64,000 nucleotides of DNA, taken from positions 44,171-108,170 of the forward strand of contig JBBDWR010000012.1 in NCBI GenBank assembly GCA_040902745.1. The letters run 5' to 3'. Shown piece by piece: positions 63,948 through 64,000 of the stretch; the first letter of the stretch is position 1; each line of letters opens with the position of its first letter. A program made the position numbers and the translations under genes. Under the pieces are notes generated by a model that was not told the origin of the DNA, searched no databases, and worked only from the letters and a program-made list of their open reading frames with translations. The DNA is from Actinomycetota bacterium (lineage in GTDB: Bacteria; Actinomycetota; UBA4738; HRBIN12).

Positions 63948-64000
63948 GCCGCTGCATGTCTCAGGCGTTCGATCCCGGATACGTGGAAAGCGATCTCGAT

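Noticed and set aside
1-64000. Mobile elements, prophage, tRNA/rRNA genes, CRISPR arrays, toxin-antitoxin or known defence-system genes
   Set aside because: I recognised no integrase, transposase or recombinase motifs, no terminal inverted repeats, no tRNA-like cloverleaf regions, no repeat-spacer arrays and no compositional break. The only AT-rich patch is the 70-bp yceI/hxlR promoter region.

Overview
High-GC, Actinomycetota-like chromosomal window that is densely coding. I support 56 CDS, mostly on the minus strand, and many adjacent genes have ATGA/GTGA start-stop overlaps. I saw no rRNA, tRNA, CRISPR array, transposase or integrase. All calls rest on reading the translated ORFs and the DNA by eye; no searches were run. 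Layout: (1) 0.2-8.7 kb holds a C-N hydrolase and a SigB/SigF-type partner-switching stress locus: a GAF/PAS-PP2C-HATPase mega-sensor, a sigma factor, two degenerate anti-sigma-like paralogues, a STAS antagonist, an RsbW-like kinase, CsbD and a DUF6328-like protein. (2) 8.7-12.4 kb holds a threonine aldolase / aminotransferase divergon and a YceI/HxlR pair. (3) 12.4-19.7 kb is a secreted-protein operon: sulfatase, two tandem GSDH-propeller/TSP3-repeat paralogues, and a Kelch protein. (4) 19.8-55.9 kb is a paralogue-rich catabolic island for nitrogen compounds. It contains three PotD-like binding proteins, two complete ABC importers, class-III aminotransferases, MmsA, two M20 hydrolases, two Orn/DAP-type decarboxylases, two PYROXD2-like flavoproteins, and GntR and Lrp regulators. 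Together with the 9.8 kb divergon, the island's promoter regions are linked by a recurrent 20-bp palindrome (consensus GTAGACTGTCGACAGTCTAC) found at eight gene 5' ends. Inside the island is the most notable feature: a nine-gene operon encoding a glycine/betaine-reductase-like (Grd) selenoprotein system. It has two in-frame UGA (Sec) codons, in GrdA and GrdB/H, and a non-canonical gene set. (5) 55.9-64 kb holds a RodZ-like protein, a DUF11 secreted protein, two translationally coupled class III cyclases (one a tandem-CHD/STAND/TPR giant) and a SnoaL-like protein.
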